Shown here: in pieces, positions 28,911 through 37,608 of the stretch
How positions within the stretch are numbered: the stretch's first letter is position 1
Layout: the number at the start of each line of letters is the position of its first letter
From: Candidatus Thermofontivivens primus
Lineage (GTDB): Bacteria; Sysuimicrobiota; Sysuimicrobiia; Sysuimicrobiales; Thermofontiviventaceae
Direction: 5' to 3'
NCBI GenBank assembly: GCA_031458695.1
Contig: JAVKJW010000003.1
Location: forward strand, 1-64,000
Length of the DNA stretch: 64,000 bases
Position numbers and translations under genes: made by a program
The notes under the pieces: model-generated
The model's input: only the letters and a program-made list of their open reading frames with translations
What the model was told of the DNA's origin: nothing
The model's database searches: none

Positions 28911-29648
28911 TCACACCCTCGCTTTCACTTCTTCAATCTGGCGGGCTTCCGTATCCGGCGGGTGACCGCCCACGTAGTACACCCTCGGCCTCGTACCAAG
29001 CTCTTCCAGGAGTCGGAAAGAGGGTTTCCTCCGCAGGAGCTGGGAGACGGTGCTATTGGGATCGTCGAGATCTCCAAAGTGCAGGGCGAAAAGCGGACAG
29101 TTCGCCACACATGCTGGCTGGAGTCCTTTCTCCACCCTGTGGACGCAGAAGGTACACTTCTCAATGACCCCCTTCAGACGGCCACCTCCGGCGGTGCGGC
29201 GCCGTTCTTTGCCGTAAGGCTTCTCCAAATCAGGATTCCTGTAAGGTGGGACTGCTCCGTTGGTGATCGGAGAGAGGTCTTTGTCTCGCCAGTCCAGGTA
29301 ATAGTTTTTTGACGGCTCCTTCCAGTTGAAGAAGTTGACCCCGTAAGGGCAGGCCACCTCACAGTAGCGGCAGCCGATACAGCGATCCCAGTCGGTGGCC
29401 ACCAAGCCATCCTCTCGCTTATACCTGGCGCCCACGGGACAGACCTTTACGCAGGGTGCGTTATCGCAGTGCATACACGGCCGGGGCATGAACCAGATGT
29501 GGGTGTTCGGATACTCGCCCTCCTCAAAGCGGAAGACGTACATCCAGAGGTTGGCCATGGGCGTGTTGTTCTCTACCTTGCACGCCTCCATGCAAGCGCG
29601 GCATCCCGTACATCGGTCTAGATCAATGACCATCGCGTACCGTGCCAT
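28911..29648 (-). CDS. 4x[4Fe-4S] electron-transfer subunit (ArrB/TtrB/PsrB-like)
   Basis: CTGCRACMEAC, CMHCDNAPCVKVCP, CIGCRYCEVACP, KCTFC..ACVANCP. Confidence 0.95.
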   Translation of the reverse strand: MARYAMVIDLDRCTGCRACMEACKVENNTPMANLWMYVFRFEEGEYPNTHIWFMPRPCMHCDNAPCVKVCPVGARYKREDGLVATDWDRCIGCRYCEVACPYGVNFFNWKEPSKNYYLDWRDKDLSPITNGAVPPYRNPDLEKPYGKERRRTAGGGRLKGVIEKCTFCVHRVEKGLQPACVANCPLFALHFGDLDDPNSTVSQLLRRKPSFRLLEELGTRPRVYYVGGHPPDTEARQIEEVKARV

Positions 29649-29690
29649 GTAGATACCTCCCCTCTGCTCCCATGCTCCTCAGCTCCTCTG

Positions 29691-32255
29691 CTACTTATAC
29701 ACCCGTACTTTCACGTGGAAGGACTGATCGGCCGTGTTGGCGACGTAGCCCTCCCCAGTGAAGAACAGACTGTTCGGCGTCGGGCCTTGCCCTCTGGTCC
29801 ATGGATGCCGTGCAACCTCTCCATAGTGGTGCGGCATCCCCACAGTATCGGGGCGGATGCTCTCGCGGTAGCGCGCGACCACGCGTACTTTCCGCGTCTC
29901 CCCAGTGATCGCATTGTGAGACTCCACCCAGACCTCATCACCGTCGTTGATCCCTCTTGCCCTTGCCGTCTTGGGGTTGATCTCTAGCCACTGCCGCGGG
30001 GCCAGCTCGGCAAGGAGGGGGATCTGCGAGGAGCGCGACTGCTTGAACTCAATGAGCTTGTAGCTAATGAGGTAGAGGTCGTACTCGGGAGGAGAACCCT
30101 CCATTGTGGGTTTGCGCCAAGTAGGGAACGGTGTGTAATCCCTCCAGTAAATCTCCGCGACGCCCCTCTTCCGCATCTCCTCGCGGTAGCGCAGCAAGGA
30201 CTCACCGTAGAAGCGATGGCGGATTCCCCCAAAGGGCGGGTCGGTGGCATACCCATAAAACTTTGTGGCTGGGACCGGTCCCTTCACCTTTACGCCGTTC
30301 TTCTCGAAGTAGGCAACTCCCTCAGGAATACCCTCTGACTTCGCCCAGCGGTCGAAGATCTCTCGGACGGTTGGCTTGCGATCGAGAGGGAGTTTATAAG
30401 GATCCTTCAGCTTGAGGGCCTCGTTGAGGTGATCGAGATAACCGCCTTTCCCATAGAGGATCCCGGCTTTCTCGCACAGGTCCAGGTAGATCTCGATGTC
30501 TCCCCGGCTCTGGAAAAGAGGCTTCATGGGCGGAACCCGTAGCGCCGTCGCATCGGTGTACTGGTCTGTAGCCGCCAGAGGCCCCTCGTACTTCTCGATG
30601 GTGGCAGCAGGGAGGACGACATCGGCAAAGAGGTCCGCAGTTTTAGAAAGCCAGGGATCGATGACGACGACGAACTTGAACTTCTTATATGCTTCCATGA
30701 AGTCCGGCTGGGAGGCAAACGCCACGAGGGGGTTGCTCATGTGGACGATGAGCACCTCGGGGGTATAGTTCACGCCGTATTTCTCAGGATTCTGCATAAC
30801 CTTGGCCACAATGGCCGAGTTGTTGCTATTGATGGGGAAGAACTTGGAGTCCTTCAGGTAGATGTTGTAGGGTGGGTCCTTGATCTCGATTTGATCTAGC
30901 TTCTCGAAGTTCTCGTGGATCTTCCAGGGGCCTACATCAATCCGTTGCCCTCCCACTGCCCCAATGGCGCCTAGGAGCATCATCACCGTAAGCATGGCCC
31001 GCACCGCCTGGAAGCCCAGCTCCTGTTGAGCCATGTGGTAGGCCATAATGGCCACGGGACGATAAGGAAGGGAGACGCCATCCACCACAATGGTACTCCC
31101 AATGTGGGCGTTCTCACCCAGCTCCCTGGCGACGCGCTGAATCGCCTCGGCTGGGACGCCGCACACCTCAGCAGCCCACTCAGGAGTGTACTGGGCGACG
31201 TGCTCCTGAAAAACCTGGAAGGCAGGTTTCACGCGCATGCCATCCACCACGAAAGTACCCTCGAGGGCAGGGTCAATCCCCGCAGCATCGTATGGTCTTG
31301 GGGCATTGCTCCGGAGGTCCCAAACCTGCTCCTTGCCCTCCCTCTTGAGGAAGAACCCATCTTCCTTGACCAGGAAGGGCGCATTGGTGTACTTCGCGAG
31401 GTACTCCCGGTCTATGGTCCCCTGGGCGATGAGGAGGTGGCAGAGGGTGAGGGCAAGGGCAAGGTCTGTGGCCGGTCGGATGGGGAGCCACTCATCTGCG
31501 AAGTGACCGACACCGCGCAGCCGTGGGTCAATCGCCACGACTTTCATCCCACGCTCCTTAGCCTGGACGAGCTGCTGGGGCCAGGTGATCCAGCAGAGCT
31601 GGTTGCCTCCGGCATTGGTGAGGTTCCATCCCCAGGCAAGCAGGTACCGGGTGTACCGGAAGTCCGGGTTCAGGACCCCGCTGATGCCAACGGTGTACTC
31701 GCTGGCCCGGTAGCCAGCATCGGAACAGAACGCACCGTGGTGGAGTTTGGTGGCTCCCGACGCTTTCACAAAAGCTTCGTCGTAGAAGGCCTTCGACTTA
31801 CTCCTCCCTTTCTGCCAGAGGAGGAGCCTGGGATCCTTAGCCCGGACTTCCCTGATCTTTTGTCCTACGAGGGTTAATGCCTCATCCCAAGTGGCCTGTC
31901 GCCACTTCCCGGGGACCCCTTTTTCGTTGGTCCGGATCAAAGGGGCCTTCACCCGGTTGGGGTCATAAAGGGCCATGATCTGGGCCACACCCTTAGGGCA
32001 CAATGTCCCCCGATTTCGTGGATGCGCAGGGTGACCGACGAACTTCACAACCCGCCCATTGATCCGCCTGGCCAGGATCCCGCAGTCCTGCTTTCCGATC
32101 CAACAGGTGGTGGGAACCCACTCCTCAGTCGCAGGTACGCTGGGAGGCTGTCCGGCAACCAGGGTCTCTAGCCCCCCAAAGAGGAAGCGACTCGCGAGGA
32201 GCCCGCCACCAGCAACGGCAGAGGTCTTCAGGAAAGTCCTTCTGCTGATCTTCAT
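29691..32255 (-). CDS. Tat-exported Mo/W-bisPGD oxidoreductase catalytic subunit, Arr/Arx-like, substrate unknown
   Basis: SRRTFLK Tat motif; CWIGKQDC..LCPKG; KGRS..HHGAFCSD; ADVVLPAA; C-terminal Molydop_binding (EINPKTA..GDEVWVES). Confidence 0.9.
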   Translation of the reverse strand: MKISRRTFLKTSAVAGGGLLASRFLFGGLETLVAGQPPSVPATEEWVPTTCWIGKQDCGILARRINGRVVKFVGHPAHPRNRGTLCPKGVAQIMALYDPNRVKAPLIRTNEKGVPGKWRQATWDEALTLVGQKIREVRAKDPRLLLWQKGRSKSKAFYDEAFVKASGATKLHHGAFCSDAGYRASEYTVGISGVLNPDFRYTRYLLAWGWNLTNAGGNQLCWITWPQQLVQAKERGMKVVAIDPRLRGVGHFADEWLPIRPATDLALALTLCHLLIAQGTIDREYLAKYTNAPFLVKEDGFFLKREGKEQVWDLRSNAPRPYDAAGIDPALEGTFVVDGMRVKPAFQVFQEHVAQYTPEWAAEVCGVPAEAIQRVARELGENAHIGSTIVVDGVSLPYRPVAIMAYHMAQQELGFQAVRAMLTVMMLLGAIGAVGGQRIDVGPWKIHENFEKLDQIEIKDPPYNIYLKDSKFFPINSNNSAIVAKVMQNPEKYGVNYTPEVLIVHMSNPLVAFASQPDFMEAYKKFKFVVVIDPWLSKTADLFADVVLPAATIEKYEGPLAATDQYTDATALRVPPMKPLFQSRGDIEIYLDLCEKAGILYGKGGYLDHLNEALKLKDPYKLPLDRKPTVREIFDRWAKSEGIPEGVAYFEKNGVKVKGPVPATKFYGYATDPPFGGIRHRFYGESLLRYREEMRKRGVAEIYWRDYTPFPTWRKPTMEGSPPEYDLYLISYKLIEFKQSRSSQIPLLAELAPRQWLEINPKTARARGINDGDEVWVESHNAITGETRKVRVVARYRESIRPDTVGMPHHYGEVARHPWTRGQGPTPNSLFFTGEGYVANTADQSFHVKVRVYK

Positions 32256-32373
32256 CGCTCCACCTCGCTCTGCGTTGTTCCACTCCTGACCATTGGCGAT
32301 TTCTCCCCGCTCAACCTTACCATTCCCTATAGCGCAGGGGGATCGGGGGGGCTCTGTAAACAGAACATCGGAA

Positions 32374-32392
32374 TGTGGGGAAAATCCCTAAA
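32374..32392. promoter_or_regulatory. Candidate LuxR/NarL-type operator between the divergent operons
   Basis: Imperfect palindrome TGTGGGGAAAATCCCTAAA. Confidence 0.35.
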
Positions 32393-32540
32393 GACATCCT
32401 CTGCGGAACTGAGGGGAGCTTCGGTCAAAGAACGGAGATGTGCGCGGAAGGGTGATGGGAGAAACCGATCCAGTGGGCTCGAAGCCTGCATAGGCAGGAT
32501 GCGGGGAATTCTCGCGAGAATGTTCCCATTTGGGGGTGCA

Positions 32541-33461
32541 TTGCTGGTGAGCAGGTTGATCCGGATCCTTCTCATCGCTTTGACCGTGGTCCTCCTTCTC
32601 AGCGGCTGTACTTCCCGTCCCTCCTACCGGAAGGTCCGATTGAATGAGGTGAGGGAAATCGCTTCCACTCCTCACCCATCGAAATTGGCCCTGAGAGTGG
32701 CAGTGGCAAACGTGCTCTCCCCGCAGAGTTCTGTGAAGACCTACGGAGAGCTTCTGGCCTATCTCGAGCGAAAACTGGGTCGGCCGGTGGTGCTCATCCA
32801 ACGTACGTCCTACGCGGAGATCAACGATCTTATCCGGTTTGGCGGAGCCGATATGGCTATCGTCTGCTCGGGGGCGTACGTCCTTGGACGGCGAGATTTC
32901 GGCATGGAACTCCTTGTGGCGCCCCAAATGAATGGGAAAACGGTGTACTACTCCTACCTGATCGTCCCCTCGGACAGCCCGGCACAAACCCTCCGCGATC
33001 TTCGAGGCAAGATCTTCGCCTTCACTGACCCGTGGTCGAACTCCGGGCGCATTGCTCCGACTTATCAACTCTTGAGGTTGGGCGAGCGGCCAGAGACATT
33101 TTTTAGTAAGGTCATCTTTACGTATAGCCACGACCGGTCTATACAGGCCGTGGCAGATAAGCTGGTGGATGGGGCGGCGGTAGACAGCCTCGTCTACGAT
33201 GCGCTAAAGGTGGGAAACCCTGAGATGGTCGCAAAGACGCGGGTGATTGCAATCTGGGGACCATACGGAATTCCTCCCCTTGTGGTCCATCCAGCCCTGA
33301 ATCCGGAGATTAAGACCCGGCTGCGGCAGGTTCTTCTGGATATGGACCGTGACCCTGAAGGCCGGATGGTGCTCGCAAGGTTGCGGATCGATCGGTTCGT
33401 CCCCATCAAGGATGCAGCCTATAGCTCGGTCCGCACGATGGTGGAGGCGATGGGTCTATGA
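32541..33461 (+). CDS. PhnD-fold oxyanion-binding lipoprotein, AioX/ArxX/ArrX-like
   Basis: Lipobox LLSGC; QRTSYAEI, IVCSGAY (Cys), DPWSNSG, FTYSHDRSIQAVA; no ABC permease nearby, coupled to a kinase instead. Confidence 0.88.
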   Translation: MLVSRLIRILLIALTVVLLLSGCTSRPSYRKVRLNEVREIASTPHPSKLALRVAVANVLSPQSSVKTYGELLAYLERKLGRPVVLIQRTSYAEINDLIRFGGADMAIVCSGAYVLGRRDFGMELLVAPQMNGKTVYYSYLIVPSDSPAQTLRDLRGKIFAFTDPWSNSGRIAPTYQLLRLGERPETFFSKVIFTYSHDRSIQAVADKLVDGAAVDSLVYDALKVGNPEMVAKTRVIAIWGPYGIPPLVVHPALNPEIKTRLRQVLLDMDRDPEGRMVLARLRIDRFVPIKDAAYSSVRTMVEAMGL

Positions 33462-34945
33462 ACCGGCGATGGGTCACGCTCTTCTGGAGGCTCGCAGGGT
33501 CCGTGCCGGTCCAGATCAAGATCATGGGGATTGCCATCGGTCTTGTTGCACTGCTCGGGGCATGGGCCACGATCCAGATGCGGGCTACCCTCAGCCAGAC
33601 GTTGCTAGAACAGTTGGAGGCTCGCGGGGTCTCCATCGCGAGCGATTTGGCCGCACGGAGTACAGATTTGATCCTTACAAATAACCTCTTTGCCCTCTAC
33701 GAGCTGATCCGGAATACCGTGGAGAACAACGCAGATGTACGCTACGCCTTTATCACCAACGTGCACAATGAGGTTCTGGTCCACTCCTTCCAACGCGGTT
33801 TCCCAACAGACCTCCTCCAAGCCAACACCGTTCGCCCTTCCGACCGGTACCACCTGGAGATTTTGGATACGGAGGAGGGTTTGATCCGAGATGTGGCAGT
33901 CCCCATCTTCGGAGGAAAGGCTGGAACGGTTCGCATTGGGTTATCTGACCGATCGGTGAGCAAGACGGTTGCATCCGTCACACGCCAGCTTGCCATCGCC
34001 ACAGCCGTGGTATCGCTTCTCGGCGTGGTGGCGGCGTATGTCCTGACCAAGGTCCTGACCAAACCGATCTTGGACCTCGTTGAAGCAACCCGTGCCGTGG
34101 CCAGAGGAGACCTGAGCGTGCAGACGGCCGTATGGGCAGACGACGAGATCGGCCGTTTGCAGCGGGCTTTCAACACCATGATCGCAGACCTCGCCCGTAC
34201 CCGCGAGGAGGGGAATCGGCTCTGGGAGGAGTTGAAGAAGAAGGAGGAGATCCGACGGTACCTCCTCGCAAGGGTGATCTCTGCGCAGGAGGAGGAGCGC
34301 AACCGCATCGCCAGGGAGCTCCACGATGAAGCCGGCCAGGCACTGACCTCTCTCATGGTAGGCCTGCGGGTCCTCGGGGAGAGCGGAAGTCTTGAGGAAA
34401 TCCGTCGGCGGGCAGAGGAGCTTCGGGATATAGCGGCGAAGACGCTTGAGAATGTGAAGAATCTCGCCGTAGAGCTCCGGCCGAGGATCCTCGACGACCT
34501 CGGGCTTGTGGCGGCGCTAGAGCGCATGACCAAGCAATGCTCCCGGCAGTTCGGCATTCGCATTGACTTCCAGGCAATCGGTTTGAACCGGCGCCTCCCT
34601 CTGGATGTGGAAGTTGCGGTCTACAGGATTGTTCAGGAGGCTCTGACCAATGTGGGCAAGCACGCCCAGGCGGAGAGTGCGAGCGTCCTTCTGGAGCAAC
34701 GCGATCATTCCTTGATCGCCATCGTGGAAGACGACGGCAGGGGGTTCGACGTCGAGCAGATCTTGCAGGAGAGCCGGCTGGATGCTAAGCTCGGGCTCTA
34801 TGGGATGATCGAGAGGGCTGATCTCATTGGGGGGAAGCTCTCTATCGAGTCCCGTCCCGGCGGGGGGACCACGGTATTCCTTGAGATCCCCCTCCCCTTC
34901 GAGCACATCGCTCCTGAGTCCACACACACAACAGGGAAGGGATAA
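33458..34945 (+). CDS. HAMP + HisKA_3 sensor histidine kinase (ArrS-like)
   Basis: 2 TM, DDEIGRLQRAFN, QEEERNRIARELHDEAGQ, EDDGRGF. Confidence 0.93.
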   Translation: MNRRWVTLFWRLAGSVPVQIKIMGIAIGLVALLGAWATIQMRATLSQTLLEQLEARGVSIASDLAARSTDLILTNNLFALYELIRNTVENNADVRYAFITNVHNEVLVHSFQRGFPTDLLQANTVRPSDRYHLEILDTEEGLIRDVAVPIFGGKAGTVRIGLSDRSVSKTVASVTRQLAIATAVVSLLGVVAAYVLTKVLTKPILDLVEATRAVARGDLSVQTAVWADDEIGRLQRAFNTMIADLARTREEGNRLWEELKKKEEIRRYLLARVISAQEEERNRIARELHDEAGQALTSLMVGLRVLGESGSLEEIRRRAEELRDIAAKTLENVKNLAVELRPRILDDLGLVAALERMTKQCSRQFGIRIDFQAIGLNRRLPLDVEVAVYRIVQEALTNVGKHAQAESASVLLEQRDHSLIAIVEDDGRGFDVEQILQESRLDAKLGLYGMIERADLIGGKLSIESRPGGGTTVFLEIPLPFEHIAPESTHTTGKG

Positions 34946-34948
34946 GGG

Positions 34949-35602
34949 ATGGATCCAATCCGCCTCATCATCGCCGACGATCATGCTGTGCTCCGGGCTG
35001 GTCTCCGCCTGCTCTTAGAGAGCCAGCCTGATCTCCAAGTAGTAGGGGAGGCAGGAGACGGGTGGGAGACTTTGCAGCTTGCAGAACAACACAAGCCCGA
35101 CGTCATCCTTTTAGACCTCTCCATGCCCGGGCCAGGGGGATTAGAGGTCATCAAAGAGATCAAGCGCCGCGTCCCCAGAGCGAAGGTCCTTGTGCTGACC
35201 ATGCACGAGGATGAGGGGTACCTCCGAAGCGTGCTCAAGGCAGGCGGGTCGGGGTACGTGGTCAAGAAGGCTGCAGATACAGAGCTCCTCTCGGCGATCC
35301 GGTCGGTCCACAGAGGAGGTGTATACATCGACCCCTCCCTTACCCGCGGTCTCGTCGAGGAGATCCTTGAGGAAGAAGCCCCAGCCAAGAAGCTGGGCGA
35401 GGAAGTATTGAGCGAGCGCGAGCGGGAGGTCCTTGTCCTCCTCGCGCTGGGCCACACCAACCAGGAGATCGCAGAGAAACTTTGCTTGAGCGTGAAGACG
35501 GTGGAGACCTACCGAGCTCGGATCCAGGAGAAGTTACAGCTCCGCAGCCGGGCCGCCCTTGTCCGGTACGCCCTTGAACGAGGACTCCTCAAAGCTCAGT
35601 AA
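34949..35602 (+). CDS. LuxR-family response regulator (ArrR-like)
   Basis: ADDHAVLRAG, ILLDLSMP, LSEREREVL..SVKTVETYR. Confidence 0.94.
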   Translation: MDPIRLIIADDHAVLRAGLRLLLESQPDLQVVGEAGDGWETLQLAEQHKPDVILLDLSMPGPGGLEVIKEIKRRVPRAKVLVLTMHEDEGYLRSVLKAGGSGYVVKKAADTELLSAIRSVHRGGVYIDPSLTRGLVEEILEEEAPAKKLGEEVLSEREREVLVLLALGHTNQEIAEKLCLSVKTVETYRARIQEKLQLRSRAALVRYALERGLLKAQ

Positions 35603-35637
35603 GAACCAAGCCCCTCGCCAGATAAAACACTCAAGAC

Positions 35638-35667
35638 TTGCATCTGGAGCGGCGGATCGTCCATACT
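35638..35667 (+). promoter_or_regulatory. Candidate promoter of the tRNA-Ala fragment
   Basis: TTGCAT-N18-CATACT about 11 nt upstream of the tRNA start. Confidence 0.45.
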
Positions 35668-35678
35668 CCTACTAGGGT

Positions 35679-35716
35679 GGGGACGTAGCGCAGCTGGGAG
35701 AGCGCTTCGTTCGCAA
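35679..35716 (+). pseudogene. 5' half (nt 1-38) of tRNA-Ala(CGC), probable att junction
   Basis: GGGGACGTAGCGCAGCTGGGAGAGCGCTTCGTTCGCAA; tRNA similarity stops at the end of the anticodon loop. Confidence 0.88.
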
Positions 35717-36009
35717 TTCGACCTCCATAGTTCTGAGGAGTATACGGGAATCTCTGTAAGTCAATCTGGGTGCGGGTTCCAGCTGTTTCACTGTAACTCT
35801 GAGCATGCCCCTGTACAGGGGGATTTTTCTCCTCTCATTTGCAATCCATTTGCAATTTTGGCGAGCTCTGGACAGGGGTCGGATAGCCGATGGCCACCGC
35901 AGGCAGAGGTGAAGGAGTCAAACTACCTGCGGTGGTCTTTCCGGCGGATTCCCGAGCCTGCGCACTCTGAAAACACAAAGCGGGCATGATTCCAGGACTC
36001 TCCCGGATC

Positions 36010-37268
36010 TAAATAACTTTTCATGAAAGTTGAACATTGCCATCATGCCGCCTTGCGGATATTGCTGAGTTGGACGATCTTGCGATTGTGTTCATGGAGG
36101 TACTGCTCCGCTGCCGACATGAGCCAGTAGATGGACTTGTACCGGTGATTCCGCGTGACGTTGCCATGGAAATCTCTCCAGAACCGTTCAATGGCATTCT
36201 CATCTGGGCTGTAGGGTGGGAGGAGGTGCAACTGGATCCGCCCGTCCAACTGCTGGAGCATCGTCCTCGTCTGCTGGCTGGTATGGATTCGGAAGTTGTC
36301 CACAATCACGTGAATGGTATGAGCATCCGGGTACTGCGCGCAAAGTCTCAGGAGCAGGCGGATGAACAGCAAGCTGTCCTTTCGCTCTCCCCTTACCCAC
36401 GTCAGCCAGCGCGTCCTGGCGTCCATCGCCCCCGCAATGTATCGCTTTTCGTTCTTCCCTGGTGTGATCACTTGCCGCTGCTGCCCTAGCAGCATCTAGT
36501 CCATGCCAATCTTGGGGTTCAGGTCCACATCCACCTCATCCGCCCACACCGCTACCTCCCCTGGCCTCAGGTTCTCGATGATCCGGCGGATCTTGTTCAA
36601 CTGCCGCCTCTTCCTGGCCTTGCTCCAGGGACACGGGGCGATGGGTTTGGGCCGTCCCCTGCGCGCCCCGATGGCATGGAGGGCCCTGCTCATCGTGGAC
36701 CGGCTCACTTTGATCCCCGTTTTCTCCGCCATGGTCTGGATCAGCATCCCGATGGTCCAAGTGGGTCGAGGCCAGCGGTAGTGATAGGCAGGATGCTCCA
36801 GGACCTCCCACAGTACGTTCAGGAATTCTTCGTCGACCTTGACCTGGCCATTGTCCTCCCGCCGGTCGATCAAGCCTGCCTGCCCGTAGGCCTTGTAACG
36901 CTGCAACACACGCTGGACCGTGCCCACCGAGACTCCCACGACCTGGGCGATCAGCCGGTAAGTCCAACCCCTGTTGCGCAACAGCACGATCTGGCATCGC
37001 TTAGCCAAGCCTGCGTCCTTGGTCTTGCGGAGGGTTCGCTTCAAAGAGCGCCGCTCCCAACGGTTCAAACGGAGCTGGATTCCCCTGCTCCTCCGCTCCC
37101 TGGACCCTGGCGGGGGGATGGTGGTATACTCTCTGGTGGAAGGAGAGCCACTCTTCATCTCTGGACCTCCTTGTCTGAAGGTAAATTCCAGAGTAGGTGG
37201 TTCTCCTTCCTCGTACTTGATTTATGCTCATCCCGCAGGTTTGTTCAAGATTCGTGGGAAGCTATTTA
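36010..37268 (-). mobile_element. IS630-family insertion sequence
   Basis: Imperfect 27-bp TIRs TAAATAACTTTTCATGAAAGTTGAACA / TAAATAGCTTCCCACGAATCTTGAACA (20/27 match); duplicated TA in a CTAG target. Confidence 0.92.
36043..37158 (-). pseudogene. IS630 transposase interrupted by an in-frame TAG
   Basis: HTH + DEVDVDLNPKIGMD*MLLGQQ..VDNFRIH..LPPYSPDENAIERFW; both ORFs are in the same frame. Confidence 0.9.
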
Positions 37269-37272
37269 GAAA

Positions 37273-37305
37273 GGGGTCCCCACGAAGCCTTTGACTTCGT
37301 GGGGT
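37273..37305. repeat. Copy of the ACCCCAC..GTGGGGACCCC repeat with a different arm
   Basis: GGGGTCCCCACGAAG-CCTTTGA-CTTCGTGGGGT. Confidence 0.75.
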
Positions 37306-37311
37306 ACCCCC

Positions 37312-37608
37312 GAGATCCTCAACGTGCTGGACAAGCTCCCACGCACCCAGCATGGAGCGGCCAAATCCATGCTCAGTGCCATTGCCTATGCCCCTACTCA
37401 GGCGCAGGCCAGCTAGAAACGCAGGGAGTTCGAGGCTTGGTGTCGGAAGCATGGGTACACGAAAGTAGCTCAGAAGAAGTTCCGAAGGCTCAACGCACCT
37501 AAGCTACTGGCAAAAGTCTACGCCGGGTCCAGTACAAAGATGGAGTCGAGGTAAGGCGGGAGGAGGTCGCCGCCTGATACGAATTTACACACCTCCTGAC
37601 GAAACCTC
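37312..37608 (+). mobile_element. IS256-family remnant (3' fragments and right end)
   Basis: Manual translation ILNVLDKLP..*..QKKFRRLNAPKLLAKVYAG / YKDGVEV..VAA*; end TTTACACACCTCCTGACGAAACCTC. Confidence 0.75.

Noticed and set aside
29691..32255. Direct naming as arrA, arxA, psrA or ttrA
   Set aside because: The motifs are mixed and the FS0 motif is atypical; a phylogeny is needed.
32541..33461. Phosphonate ABC transporter (phnD)
   Set aside because: No phnC/phnE genes; it is translationally coupled to a sensor kinase.
36496..36498. Pyrrolysine or programmed read-through in the IS630 transposase
   Set aside because: The position is normally Trp; a single TGG>TAG change is simpler, and no pyl genes are seen.
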